64,000 nucleotides of DNA from a virus (lineage: Duplodnaviria > Caudoviricetes), in IMG/VR virus record IMGVR_UViG_3300023184_009677, positions 1,752-65,751 of that record, one strand, 5' to 3'. Below are positions 49,248 to 60,086 of this stretch, one piece after another. The first letter of the stretch is position 1. Each line of letters begins with the position of its first letter. The notes under the pieces were generated by a model. It saw only the letters and a list, made by a program, of their open reading frames with translations. It was not told the origin of the DNA and ran no database searches. The position numbers and the translations under genes are program-made.

Positions 49248-51287
49248 ATGAAAAAGGCAATCTTAGGTTTTTGTTTTTTAATTTTAAGTATTTTTTGTGT
49301 TTTTGGTGGCAGTTGGACAAATTATCCAGTATCCAAAACCCTTAACCCGTCTGATACAATTCTTTTTGGTACTCAAACAAACAATCAATTGATTCAAGCA
49401 ATTGACTTGGCGGGTTATACAGGCAGCAATGGCGCCCCAAACATAACCGCCAATCAATATTTTTATTGGAAAAGTACATACAGCGGAAATGCAATTGAAT
49501 TGGGTAATGGCTATTCTAATAATTTTTCTTTAAATTCTTATCTTTCGCTTACTGATTCAAATATTTTAATTGTTTCTACCAATAATTTTCTTGTATATAC
49601 TGGCAATAACAACAATTACAGAATATTCCCACAATTAAATAAATATGATTACTCTGGAATTTATTACTGGAGCAATTCTTTAGGTTATTATTTTTGTCCA
49701 GGAAAAATAGGATCAATTTATTATTGGAGCGATCAGGGATCTTGGACCATGACCACCAACATCTATGCAATGACAAATGCCGCAGATGGTTCTTTTGCGG
49801 ACAGTTACAATCAAACAGTTGCTTATCCAACATATCTTTTTGGATATTGGGCAGACTTCATTACTGGAAGTAATAATTTTTCTGTTAATTTTAGCAACAT
49901 TATAGTTTTAACAAACAGTACCTATACAGAAATAACTCCGTATAGCATTAAAAGTCCATATGTTTCAATTGCTAACTTAAACATGAATTCAAATGGTTCA
50001 ATTTATTTTAATGGCACCGTTCCAAGTGGATATATTAGTAATTTAAAACTCATAAATGGCGCCACAGTTGTAGCTGGAAATACGATCTCCTCTACCCAAT
50101 TTAATGCTTTTTTAGATATAATCTATACAAATACTTCAACGGCCAATAGCATTGTAACTGTTCATCCCAGGTTATTTTTCACAAATTCCGTTGGTTCTTC
50201 TGGATTGGCGGCGTACGTTGATTATTCAAAAAAGGGAGAGTGCTCCATTACAACCGCCACCAACACTCCAATTGGTTCATCAATTGGAGAATTAACTATA
50301 TCTGTACCAAAAGACTCAACATTTTATTTCTCTGATGTATCTACTGGAACAAACAATTATTCTGATTCATCCTCAATAAATGGCACAAGAGCAAATTTCC
50401 AATCTTTTGATGGAACATTCCCAGTTTTTCTTCGCATAAATGATTTAATATCAAATGTCAACTATAATCTTTCTAGCAGAACAAATGGCAAAGGTTATAT
50501 TTTTGTAACTGGTAAATCAACGAATACAGGACAAGATGGTATTGAATTTTTCACTTCCCCCACAAATATTGCTGTGCCTGCGAATTTTTTCTTAAAAGAT
50601 GTTACAAATATCACTGGTGCAGCAATGGGCAGTTGGTCTGTTGGATATGGAAAATGGATGGTTGCCCACGCGGGCATTCCTCTTTCCCCATGGCATTGCA
50701 TTGGCGCCGCCCACGTAGGTGGACCTGGTGGAACCAATCTTTGGCTTTTGCCAGATGGAAAACTTTACACAAATAAAGTTTTGTATACCTATACCATACC
50801 AAGTACAGACATGATGATCAGTTTAATGGATAAGACTAATCCTTACGTTGTAAAATGGCTCCCTGATATTCTTTGGAAAACGGAAAATAATAATATTGCA
50901 AATTCAAATTCTTTAATTGGGGTACTTTTTCATCCAACTTCACTTGTGACAAATTATACAGTTTTTCTTGAGCCTATGTATCAAGGGGGATTTTATAATG
51001 GCGTAGCAAATTTAAATATTTGTACTGGCCCAACAAATGCAGTTATAAGATTTGGAGACTATAGCGTAGGCAATATATTTGTTGGAGGAGATTCTGGTGC
51101 TCCCAATCTTACCGTTATAAAAAATGAAGCAGTTTATCTTTTTTCTACTTATACCCCTGGCGGAGGACCTTCTCCTGGTGCATCATTTGTCAAAGTCAAT
51201 GCCGCAATGAATTATCTTTCCACAAATTATAGTGCTCCAGTTTATAAAATTCAGTTGTATGATTTAAGTCAGTTTTATGACTATTAG
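49248..51287 (+). CDS. exported Asn/Thr-rich protein with C-terminal trypsin-like serine protease domain
   Basis: Signal-like N-terminus; LSPWHCIGAAHV, TDMMI, GGDSGAP. Confidence 0.65.
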   Translation: MKKAILGFCFLILSIFCVFGGSWTNYPVSKTLNPSDTILFGTQTNNQLIQAIDLAGYTGSNGAPNITANQYFYWKSTYSGNAIELGNGYSNNFSLNSYLSLTDSNILIVSTNNFLVYTGNNNNYRIFPQLNKYDYSGIYYWSNSLGYYFCPGKIGSIYYWSDQGSWTMTTNIYAMTNAADGSFADSYNQTVAYPTYLFGYWADFITGSNNFSVNFSNIIVLTNSTYTEITPYSIKSPYVSIANLNMNSNGSIYFNGTVPSGYISNLKLINGATVVAGNTISSTQFNAFLDIIYTNTSTANSIVTVHPRLFFTNSVGSSGLAAYVDYSKKGECSITTATNTPIGSSIGELTISVPKDSTFYFSDVSTGTNNYSDSSSINGTRANFQSFDGTFPVFLRINDLISNVNYNLSSRTNGKGYIFVTGKSTNTGQDGIEFFTSPTNIAVPANFFLKDVTNITGAAMGSWSVGYGKWMVAHAGIPLSPWHCIGAAHVGGPGGTNLWLLPDGKLYTNKVLYTYTIPSTDMMISLMDKTNPYVVKWLPDILWKTENNNIANSNSLIGVLFHPTSLVTNYTVFLEPMYQGGFYNGVANLNICTGPTNAVIRFGDYSVGNIFVGGDSGAPNLTVIKNEAVYLFSTYTPGGGPSPGASFVKVNAAMNYLSTNYSAPVYKIQLYDLSQFYDY

Positions 51288-51367
51288 TCGTATAATAAAT
51301 TAATAACAATTATTATTTTCATGAGTAATCTTATATAAGACATTAAGGCTTATATAACTTCTTTTTT

Positions 51368-52105
51368 ATGAGTAAAAAACACAAAAACAAAAACGTTCCT
51401 CAAAAAGACCTTAGCCCAGTTGTGCCACAAAACTCCAAAATTAAAAGTGAGTTGCACATTTCTGAAAGACAATTAAATGAAAAACAAAAACAATTTTTAG
51501 AAATTGCCCTCAATAAAGAAACTAAAATGATTTTTATTTCTGGCCCCGCCGGAACATCAAAAACATTCCTTGCTGTCCTTGCCTCATTAAAGCTTTTGAA
51601 TCAAAGAAAAATGAGTGACATCATTTATCTGCGCAGCGCAGTTGAGAGCAGCGATGCAAAATTAGGCTACTTGCCTGGAGAGACTGCCGATAAACTTGCT
51701 CCCTATATGCAGCCATTGCTTGACAAATTGGGAGAGTTCCTTGGCAAGGGAGAAATTGAAGAACTCAAAAAGTCTGGCAGAATAGATAGTGTTCCAATTG
51801 GTTTTTTAAGAGGTCTCAGTTGGAACGCCAAATGCATCATTGCTGATGAAGCGCAGAACTGCACCCAAAAAGAATTGGTAACTCTTATAACCAGAACCGG
51901 TGAGTTTAGTAAAGTATTTATATTGGGCGACCCAGAGCAAAGTGATATTGGCTCAAAGAGTGGTTTCATAAAACTAATGAACATCTTTGATGATGAAGAT
52001 AGCCGCAAAAATGGCATCTTTACATTCAGGTTTACAGAAGAAGATATTGTTAGAAGCGGTCTTGTTAAGTTTATTATCAAAAAGATAAAAAACCTATCGA
52101 CTTGA
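51368..52105 (+). CDS. phoH: PhoH-family ATPase
   Basis: GPAGTSKT, LGYLPG, FLRG, DEAQN, TRTG, GDPEQSD, DIVRSGLV. Confidence 0.93.
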   Translation: MSKKHKNKNVPQKDLSPVVPQNSKIKSELHISERQLNEKQKQFLEIALNKETKMIFISGPAGTSKTFLAVLASLKLLNQRKMSDIIYLRSAVESSDAKLGYLPGETADKLAPYMQPLLDKLGEFLGKGEIEELKKSGRIDSVPIGFLRGLSWNAKCIIADEAQNCTQKELVTLITRTGEFSKVFILGDPEQSDIGSKSGFIKLMNIFDDEDSRKNGIFTFRFTEEDIVRSGLVKFIIKKIKNLST

Positions 52106-52532
52106 GCCAGCTTTCAATTGGGTAGAATCGGGGCACTCCTCTTTTGACAGAGAGAATGTACTTGATTCTATCCTCTTTGTTTTCTTTGATAAATTCAAAC
52201 ATATCAGTTTTTTGTCTCAAAGCAACAAAGTCAAAGCTTACCCCATTGTAATCTGGATGCGGCGGCTTATAAGCATTGTCTTTTAATGATTTATTAATAT
52301 CATTATTATCCGAAATATATACATGATTCCATAAGACGCACATGTTGTCATTCATATAATAATAGCCCTTGTACTTGCCTATATTCTCATATACCCTATC
52401 TAATATTTCATTAAAATTACCTTCTCTTGCTAAAAATTCACTATCAGGGTGATATTTAATCAGTAGTTCTTGGCATTTAACAAAAAAGTCCACCTTTTGT
52501 TCTGGCGTTAGTGATAGAAATAGTTGCGGCAT
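52077..52532 (-). CDS. hypothetical protein
   Basis: Isolated - strand ORF filling the gap. Confidence 0.6.
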   Translation of the reverse strand: MPQLFLSLTPEQKVDFFVKCQELLIKYHPDSEFLAREGNFNEILDRVYENIGKYKGYYYMNDNMCVLWNHVYISDNNDINKSLKDNAYKPPHPDYNGVSFDFVALRQKTDMFEFIKENKEDRIKYILSVKRGVPRFYPIESWLKSIGFLSF

Positions 52533-52599
52533 ATGTATGTGTATTAAAAAATATAATTAAATTTAATTATTTACTATACAATATATTAAACATTTCAAT

Positions 52600-53043
52600 A
52601 TGAATATCATTAATAAATTTTGCCACAACTGCGGAGTAAAATTAGTACCCACCGCAAAGTTTTGTGGAGAATGCGGAACTTCTCAGGCTTCTTTGGCTTC
52701 AAAACCCCCTGAACCCGCCTCCAAGCCACAGCAGAAAAAACAAAATCAATCATTTGAACCATTTGTTGCTCGTCGCAATGGCGATAATGGTGATGATGAC
52801 GATGATGATAGTTACATTGACCACATTGATCATTTAAATATATCAATCTCATCATTGGATGTTGATTTGGGTCAGCAAGGTAGACCAGTAAAAGAAACAT
52901 TTGCCGGAGTAATGTCTCATGGAGCTCAAATGGGTCAAAATGCAGATTCATTTACTAGACAAACTTTTGATCCAGGTCCAGTTGATCAACAAGCATTTTT
53001 AAAACAATTTCAACAAGAGGCTGGTACTTTAAGAAATAAATAA
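52600..53043 (+). CDS. zinc-ribbon protein
   Basis: FCHNCG...FCGECG. Confidence 0.7.
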   Translation: MNIINKFCHNCGVKLVPTAKFCGECGTSQASLASKPPEPASKPQQKKQNQSFEPFVARRNGDNGDDDDDDSYIDHIDHLNISISSLDVDLGQQGRPVKETFAGVMSHGAQMGQNADSFTRQTFDPGPVDQQAFLKQFQQEAGTLRNK

Positions 53044-53046
53044 TCC

Positions 53047-53727
53047 ATGACAAAAATTAAAAGGCCCAGGTTTGAGGATAGCCTTCCTTTAATCAATCAG
53101 GAGATAGCAAAGAGAAAATCCAAATGGAGTTTATCCTCAATAGCTTGGATGGACTATGATGATGTATCTCAGATAATAAGAATACATATTCATCAAAAAT
53201 GGAAACAATACAATCCAGAAAAACCATTGCAGCCGTGGGTGGGAATGATTATAACCAATCAAATAAGAAACCTAGTTAGGAATCATTATACAAATTATGC
53301 CCGCCCTTGTTTGAGATGCGACGCAGCAATAGATACAGATGGTTGTAAAATTTATAAAGAGCAGTGTGAATCCTGCCCACTCTATGCTCATTGGAAAAAG
53401 AATAAGCAACCAGCAAATTTTGTTAAACTACCACTCTCAATAGAAAATCATTCTCACGAAATACAAGAAATATCCGAACAATCAAGTTATTCTCGTGATG
53501 ACGAAGAAAAGTTACACATCATAATGAAAAAGATTTTAAAGGCTGTGGAATATCAAGTTTACAAAGGCTTGTATATTGACCATAAAGAAGAATCTGATGT
53601 AGCTAAAAAACTTGGGTTTATATCTAATGAAAAGGGCCGCGCCCCAGGATACAGACAATTAAAAAATATTCAAAAGTCTATTATTAATAAGGCTAAAAAA
53701 TATATGAAAGAAGAGGGGCTAAATTAA
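53047..53727 (+). CDS. sigma-factor-like protein (candidate late sigma)
   Basis: Region-2-like DYDDVSQIIRIHI..KWKQY...W..MI..NQIRNL; C-terminal HTH-like DVAKKLG. Confidence 0.55.
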   Translation: MTKIKRPRFEDSLPLINQEIAKRKSKWSLSSIAWMDYDDVSQIIRIHIHQKWKQYNPEKPLQPWVGMIITNQIRNLVRNHYTNYARPCLRCDAAIDTDGCKIYKEQCESCPLYAHWKKNKQPANFVKLPLSIENHSHEIQEISEQSSYSRDDEEKLHIIMKKILKAVEYQVYKGLYIDHKEESDVAKKLGFISNEKGRAPGYRQLKNIQKSIINKAKKYMKEEGLN

Positions 53728-53728
53728 T

Positions 53729-54832
53729 ATGGAAACAGTGCAAGAGGCATTAAATCCAGAACAAGAAAAACAAGTTTTAGATCTCTGGAATAAAAACCCA
53801 AATAGTCCTCCAGGATTAAAAGAATTAACCCAAGGAATTTTTGGCGGCGAATATGATGGCAGAAGCTGGCAAGGCAGAGTCATCAAAGCTTTCCTTGCGA
53901 AATGTAATTTAAAAGCCAAGGCTTCTAGCGATTACTCTTCCAAAACTCAAGAAATTGTTTTAACTGAAGATCATAAACAGTATATTATTAATAATACTTC
54001 CACCATGACTTCATTAGACATGGCTAAAATTTTATTCAATAATAACGGTTTAACAAATCTTAATGCAGAGACCCGCGTTGTTAATGAGTTTACAAAAACC
54101 CTAGATGGCAGAGTCATTTATAATCAAGCCCAGAATGAAGATGTCCCTACTGAAAATTATCAACCCCCCGCCACCATTGATAAAGTATTAAGAAGGGTCA
54201 ATAAATATGTTAACTCAACGCTAGATAAAGAAAAGTTAAACGCAAGACAAAAAAAGGGATTAGAAATGTTGATTAATTATCTTCATACCTACCGATTCAT
54301 TAGACAAATGAATACTTTTGAAAGTCAAGAAGATAGGAATCTTTGTGAAGACTCTTTCATCCGTTATACTTATGATAAACCAGATTTGACGCAAGAAGAA
54401 ATTGACCAATACATCGAATTGTCTAATCAAACTGTACGCAGCTTTAGTATCAAAAGAAGAAGTGAGCTGATGCAAGCAAGACTAGAAGAATTTACTACGG
54501 CTGATCCAGAGTCAATGAAGGTTTCAATGGGATTAGTAGAAGCAATTGGTAAAGCTGGGACAGAATATGACCAATGTTTAAAAAGATGCAACGATCTTCT
54601 TGATGACCTTAAAGAAAAAAGGAGCACGCGCCTTTCTAAACAAATAAAAGAGAATGCTTCTATTTTAAATCTTGTTGAAGATTGGCGTAATGAAGAGCAG
54701 CGTTTAAAAATGCTTAAACTGGGAGAGTTAGAGCAGGTTGCCATAGCAAACGAAGTTGAAAAACTCACAAGCATGGCAGAAATTAAAGCAAGAATTTTGG
54801 GTTTAGACAGGGATTCTATTTTATATGGATAA
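53729..54832 (+). CDS. hypothetical protein upstream of terminase (possible small terminase)
   Basis: Helical/coiled-coil sequence; position. Confidence 0.5.
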   Translation: METVQEALNPEQEKQVLDLWNKNPNSPPGLKELTQGIFGGEYDGRSWQGRVIKAFLAKCNLKAKASSDYSSKTQEIVLTEDHKQYIINNTSTMTSLDMAKILFNNNGLTNLNAETRVVNEFTKTLDGRVIYNQAQNEDVPTENYQPPATIDKVLRRVNKYVNSTLDKEKLNARQKKGLEMLINYLHTYRFIRQMNTFESQEDRNLCEDSFIRYTYDKPDLTQEEIDQYIELSNQTVRSFSIKRRSELMQARLEEFTTADPESMKVSMGLVEAIGKAGTEYDQCLKRCNDLLDDLKEKRSTRLSKQIKENASILNLVEDWRNEEQRLKMLKLGELEQVAIANEVEKLTSMAEIKARILGLDRDSILYG

Positions 54833-55748
54833 TATTATTTGCAAGGTTTGCGATAAAAAATTTGATAACGATGGTGGTCTTCATAAACATTTGAAGACCC
54901 ATAAGATGACCCAAACAGAATACTATCAAAAATTTTATCCTAGACGCGATAGGTCTGATGGCTCATTAATCAAATACAAAAACAAAGAATTTTATTTTAG
55001 CACAGAATTTAATTCTAAAAATAATTTAAAAGCATGGCTTGCCTCTGTTGCTCCCATAACTGGGGAAATTTATACAAAAGATTTTCTTTTAAAAAGAAAA
55101 GAAAAGAAAGGATTGGTTTATGCCCCAACGCAAATTGAATTAAGAACCTTAATGGTACCTGGAATAAAATACATTACCGAAAACTTTGGTGACTATAATC
55201 AATTTTGCAAAAACTTAGGTTTTAAAGTTCGTTTTCCAAAAAAGCAATTAGATCAAAAAGATTTTAAAGACATTTCTAAAAAAGTAATATTTGCCGATTC
55301 AAGAGAACAAAATCCATTAGACTTTAACAATACTACTAGAACGAAAGGCATGAGTTTTGGAGATTATAGAATGGCTAATTCTAATATCTATATTGAACGT
55401 AAAAGTCTTGGGGATGCATGGGGGACGTTGTCTGGGGGAATAGAAAGATTTGAGCGCGAAATCATTAGAGCCAAGGAAGCGGGGGCTTATTTAATCATAT
55501 TGGTAGAGAGCTCTTTTGAGTCATTGGAAAAATTCCCTACTCAGAGGCAGGTTTATGGTAAAATTAAGATACCCATAGAATTTATTCACCATAATATAAG
55601 AGATTTATTACAAAAGTACGAAGGTATCCAATTCCTCTTTGTTAAAAATAGGGATGAAGCAAGTCGAATCATTCAAAAAGTATTCTCTGCCGATGAGCAA
55701 GTAAAAGATGTTGATCTTCAATATTTATATGATATAGGAGAACTATGA
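54825..55748 (+). CDS. C2H2 zinc finger plus ERCC4/XPF-like nuclease
   Basis: CKVC..HLKTH; DSREQ, GDY, IERKSLGD. Confidence 0.8.
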   Translation: MDNIICKVCDKKFDNDGGLHKHLKTHKMTQTEYYQKFYPRRDRSDGSLIKYKNKEFYFSTEFNSKNNLKAWLASVAPITGEIYTKDFLLKRKEKKGLVYAPTQIELRTLMVPGIKYITENFGDYNQFCKNLGFKVRFPKKQLDQKDFKDISKKVIFADSREQNPLDFNNTTRTKGMSFGDYRMANSNIYIERKSLGDAWGTLSGGIERFEREIIRAKEAGAYLIILVESSFESLEKFPTQRQVYGKIKIPIEFIHHNIRDLLQKYEGIQFLFVKNRDEASRIIQKVFSADEQVKDVDLQYLYDIGEL

Positions 55749-57586
55749 GCTGGCATTCTCCCGAAAAATATAAAACCCCAATAGAAGATGTAAACAAAAT
55801 CTTCTTAGACTTAAAAGGTGAATTAGAACCAAAAGAGGCAAGGATTACTCTTGCTAGGTTTCTTCATCGCAATTTAGGTTTGACTACTGAACTATTAACT
55901 GGAGTCAAGCTTTATCCTGACCAAATTATAAATATTAAGGGCATGATGCAAAGTAATTTTACTCTTTGTGTCTGGGGTCGCGGTCTTGGCAAAACTTTTT
56001 CTGCGGCAATGTTTTGCATATTGCAAACTATCTTTTATCCAGGATCAAATATTCTTATTGCTGGACCAACATTTAGAACTGCTCGCTTTATCTTTAATCA
56101 TATTGAAAAAATATGTGACAGCCATGATGCCCAATTACTTTTTCAGGCGATGGGAGTTAAAAGTAAAAGAAACGACGAATTTAGATGGAAAATTAATGGC
56201 GGCGAGATTGTTGCTATTCCTCTTAACGGAGAAAAGATTCGCGGTTTCCGTGCCAACATATTAATCATTGACGAGTTCCTTTTGATGAATGAAGACTTGG
56301 TAGAAAAAGTATTGATGCCATTCCTTTTGGCTCCGCAGGATATTAAAGAACGCCAAATCATTAGAGCAAAAGAAACAGAACTCATTCGCAGAGGGGTTTT
56401 AAAAGAAGAAGACAGGATGGAGTTCTCTAATAAAGCTAAACTAATTGCACTTTCTTCTGCTAGTTACACTTGTGAATTTCTTTACAAGAAGTATGATGAA
56501 TTTGTTAAACAAATTTATTCACCGGAGATATCAGAAAATGGGGCCAAGTATTTTGTAAGTCAAATGGCTTGGGACGCAATTCCTCTTGACCGCGTGGATA
56601 AGAATATTATTAAACAAGCCCAAAGCAATGAATCAAACGCCGCCACATTTAAAAGAGAATATGGAGCCCAATTCATTGATGGTTCGGATAGTTATTTTTC
56701 AATGAAGAAAATGATTGAATGTACTGTTCCAGATGGAGAAACTCCAACTCTGTTGCTTCAAGGCAAAAAAAATAGTAAATATATCTTAGCTATTGACCCA
56801 AACTTTTCTAACTCTGCCACCGCCGACCATTTTGGTATGTGTGTTATTGAATTGGATGATGAACCAGGGAGGATTGGTGGAACAGTGGTCCACAACTATG
56901 CCAAAGCTGGCAAAGACTTAAAAGACCATATTAATTATTTTTATTACATATATAGCAATTTTAATATTGATATGATTATTATTGACTATGCTGGTTATCA
57001 ATTCCTTGAATCAGCAAACGAAAGCGAACTCTTTAGAAAAGATGGTATAGAGATAAAGGTGTTTGAGTTTTATGGGGAAAAAGATGGTGCCGAATTAGAA
57101 GATCAATTAAAATTAGCCAGAAAAGGCTATAATAAACAAATGCATAAGATTGCTTTTACCCAATATTTTACATCAGACTTTATCAGAAAAGGAAATGAAT
57201 GGCTACAAGGATGCATTGACTATAAAAAGATTTGGTTTGGTGGTGGCATAAAAGCTGACGGTTCATCATTTGAAAAAGCTGTGTCTGCAAATGTTGATTT
57301 GAATTTGATAGATGAAGAAAGCGTGTCCGACTTGATTGATACCCAAGAAATCTTGCTCAAAAATACAAAATATGAGTGCGCTTCTATTGAAGTTAAAACC
57401 ACGGCGAAAGGGACTCAAAGTTTTGACCTACCGCAGATAATGAAAAGAGACAATACATCAACAAGAATGAGGCGCGACTCTTATACTGCTCTTATGCTTG
57501 GTTGCTGGGGAATGAAATGTTATTATGACATTACTAGGGGCCCACAAGAAGAAAGTAACTCTACTTTTGAACCAGTGCTTCTTTAA
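55745..57586 (+). CDS. terL: terminase large subunit
   Basis: GRGLGKT Walker A, RGFRA.ILIIDE Walker B, FKREYGAQF, LAIDP, RDSYTA. Confidence 0.88.
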   Translation: MSWHSPEKYKTPIEDVNKIFLDLKGELEPKEARITLARFLHRNLGLTTELLTGVKLYPDQIINIKGMMQSNFTLCVWGRGLGKTFSAAMFCILQTIFYPGSNILIAGPTFRTARFIFNHIEKICDSHDAQLLFQAMGVKSKRNDEFRWKINGGEIVAIPLNGEKIRGFRANILIIDEFLLMNEDLVEKVLMPFLLAPQDIKERQIIRAKETELIRRGVLKEEDRMEFSNKAKLIALSSASYTCEFLYKKYDEFVKQIYSPEISENGAKYFVSQMAWDAIPLDRVDKNIIKQAQSNESNAATFKREYGAQFIDGSDSYFSMKKMIECTVPDGETPTLLLQGKKNSKYILAIDPNFSNSATADHFGMCVIELDDEPGRIGGTVVHNYAKAGKDLKDHINYFYYIYSNFNIDMIIIDYAGYQFLESANESELFRKDGIEIKVFEFYGEKDGAELEDQLKLARKGYNKQMHKIAFTQYFTSDFIRKGNEWLQGCIDYKKIWFGGGIKADGSSFEKAVSANVDLNLIDEESVSDLIDTQEILLKNTKYECASIEVKTTAKGTQSFDLPQIMKRDNTSTRMRRDSYTALMLGCWGMKCYYDITRGPQEESNSTFEPVLL

Positions 57587-57618
57587 TTAATATTAAAAGT
57601 GTAATTATTCTTTAGGAT

Positions 57619-60075
57619 ATGGCATTTGATTCAACAATTAGAGTAAGGCAGATAAACCAAACAGAACTTTCGGGTTTTGTTGTTGGTGTTGTACCGTCTT
57701 CTTCGTATCTTTTATCTGGCAATATTACTCCTTCTGGTAGCGGGGTTTATAATTTAGGTTCATCAACAAACTATTACAAAAATGTTTATTCAAATGCTAT
57801 TACACTCCCTTCTGGTAGCGGAATTCAAATTGGAAGCTCTTTCCTTACTGCTTATAGTTCTGGTGGGGCCGGAGTTGTTCAAATAGATGGATACAAAATC
57901 ACATCTTCTGGAAACTTTATATCAATTCAGGGTCCGCAAGGTATCCAAGGACCAAGCGGCGCAACTGGTATAACAGGAGCGACGGGAACAAGTGTCACGG
58001 GCGCATCGTATAATTCATCAAATTATCAATTAACTCTTTATTTTAATAATAATACTTCTTCTATACTTGATATTCCTCCGCTGACAGGAGCAACAGGAGT
58101 ATCTCTTACTGGATTTTATCAAAGTGGTAGTTATATCTATCCTCAATTTGATAATTATCAACCTCTTGGTGCGCCAGTCCAATTGATTGCTGGTCCGCAA
58201 GGACCACCAGGGTCAATTAATTTATATTTTAATTCTGGCTCTAATGTTCCTTCTTATCCAGGGGTAAACTTTCCAAGCGGAGTAACTGTTGATAGTTATT
58301 ACGTTGGAACAATTAATCCTCCCATATCTTTAATGAGAGGTATGGCGTATACAATTGATGCTAGTGGATTAGGTACCCATAGAATCACTCAATCAGATAT
58401 TGATATTTTAACTGGTTTATTTTTTACGGGACAAGCTGTTCCATTTAATGTTGGTGACTATCTAAACTATTATACTGATCCCACAAATGGCACAGGATAT
58501 TGGAGAATGGTATTTTTTCCAAATGGAACAGTTAGTGGATATTATGATACTTCCACAACTGAAGGTCAAGATTTAATTAATAATATAGAAACTATCAATA
58601 GTGATATTTACTATGACACTTTGCAGAACAGCGCCGCAAGAACAAAAATTTCATTTACAACTAATTTCACTGCCCTAAGTAATTACAAATATGGTTTTGC
58701 TCTTTATTCTCTTGGTGGAGATACAACATTAGATTATCTTGTTACTTATCCAACTGGGTATGCGATTGTTTGTGGAGATGTAAATGTTTCTTCTGGTATT
58801 GGACCCATTGGTCCAATTGGTCCATCGGGAGCGCAAGGACCTTCTGGTTTACAAGGTCCAAGCGGTGCAACAGGAATTGGGGTAGGAATCTACTCTTCTC
58901 AATATCAAGAAGTTGGTACCAATGCTTATCAGTTAAGATTTTTGAAGACAGATGGTAATTATACAAGTTGGGTTCCTTTACCTAGCGGTGGTCCTTCTGG
59001 AGCAAATGGCGCACAAGGTCCCGCAGGATCTTTAACTAATTATTTTTCTGGAGAATTTAATCCCGCCCTTGATTATGGAGTCAATTCCACAATATCTTAT
59101 ATTGGTTCTACATATATAAATACAGGTCCTTCTGCTTTGGGAATTTATCCCCCTTCTGTGCCTTGGCAATTACTTGCTAAATCTGGTGCGGTTGGCGCAA
59201 CAGGAGCTTCTGGAGTGGCGGACCGATACAGTTCAAGTTTTTATGTTGTTTCTGGTTTTCCAACTGGAACAGGTACATACGCAAATAATATAACTGGTAT
59301 AACCGTAAATGGATCTGGATTGAGTGGAACTGGAGCGAGATTTCAAACTGGTCAAATTGTTTCTTTTAGAAATAGCGGACTAGTTGGATACTCTTATACG
59401 CCCTATCAAAATATTGTTCTTGTCTCAAATACTTATACTGGGACTTATTGCTGGGGTCAAGTAAATTCTTATAATTCAACAAGCGGTATTTTAAGTTTTA
59501 CTGTTCAGTCTGGCGGTACAGGAATAACTGGAACATCTAATCCCACCTTATCTGGGAATTATTTCTTATGGTATAACTATGGTAATTCCACGATAAATCT
59601 TGGAGCAAATTTAATGACTGGTGCGCCAGGACCCGTTGGTCCACAAGGCCCAGTGGGACCATCAGGTCAGCCATCATTATTAAGATATACTAGCGATTAC
59701 ATATTAAATTTTAATGGAGATTATGATTCAGTTCTTTTGCAACCTTCTGGATTGGACATTTTTAATCTGATAGTTACTGGACAATTTAATGCGGGAGCAC
59801 ACCAGCCTATAATAAATTTTGATTTTAGTAACTTCTATACTGGAAAATCTATAATAATGAAGGTAAGGAATAGTGGGGTAAATTATAGCGATATTGCTGA
59901 TCCGCCGTTATTTTCATTTACTGGTAATGCGACTGGCATCAGATGGCCATCAGACCAATACTCTTTTCCTAACAATGGATATGTGTATATTTATACAATA
60001 ATAAGGTTCCCTGATGATAATGGGATCACGGGATTGTTTGGAACATATTCTAATCCCTATACCTATAATAGGTAA
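57619..60075 (+). CDS. collagen-repeat tail fibre/adhesin-like protein
   Basis: Several short Gly-X-Y blocks; GTGTAAT upstream. Confidence 0.75.
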   Translation: MAFDSTIRVRQINQTELSGFVVGVVPSSSYLLSGNITPSGSGVYNLGSSTNYYKNVYSNAITLPSGSGIQIGSSFLTAYSSGGAGVVQIDGYKITSSGNFISIQGPQGIQGPSGATGITGATGTSVTGASYNSSNYQLTLYFNNNTSSILDIPPLTGATGVSLTGFYQSGSYIYPQFDNYQPLGAPVQLIAGPQGPPGSINLYFNSGSNVPSYPGVNFPSGVTVDSYYVGTINPPISLMRGMAYTIDASGLGTHRITQSDIDILTGLFFTGQAVPFNVGDYLNYYTDPTNGTGYWRMVFFPNGTVSGYYDTSTTEGQDLINNIETINSDIYYDTLQNSAARTKISFTTNFTALSNYKYGFALYSLGGDTTLDYLVTYPTGYAIVCGDVNVSSGIGPIGPIGPSGAQGPSGLQGPSGATGIGVGIYSSQYQEVGTNAYQLRFLKTDGNYTSWVPLPSGGPSGANGAQGPAGSLTNYFSGEFNPALDYGVNSTISYIGSTYINTGPSALGIYPPSVPWQLLAKSGAVGATGASGVADRYSSSFYVVSGFPTGTGTYANNITGITVNGSGLSGTGARFQTGQIVSFRNSGLVGYSYTPYQNIVLVSNTYTGTYCWGQVNSYNSTSGILSFTVQSGGTGITGTSNPTLSGNYFLWYNYGNSTINLGANLMTGAPGPVGPQGPVGPSGQPSLLRYTSDYILNFNGDYDSVLLQPSGLDIFNLIVTGQFNAGAHQPIINFDFSNFYTGKSIIMKVRNSGVNYSDIADPPLFSFTGNATGIRWPSDQYSFPNNGYVYIYTIIRFPDDNGITGLFGTYSNPYTYNR

Positions 60076-60086
60076 TCGAAGATTTT

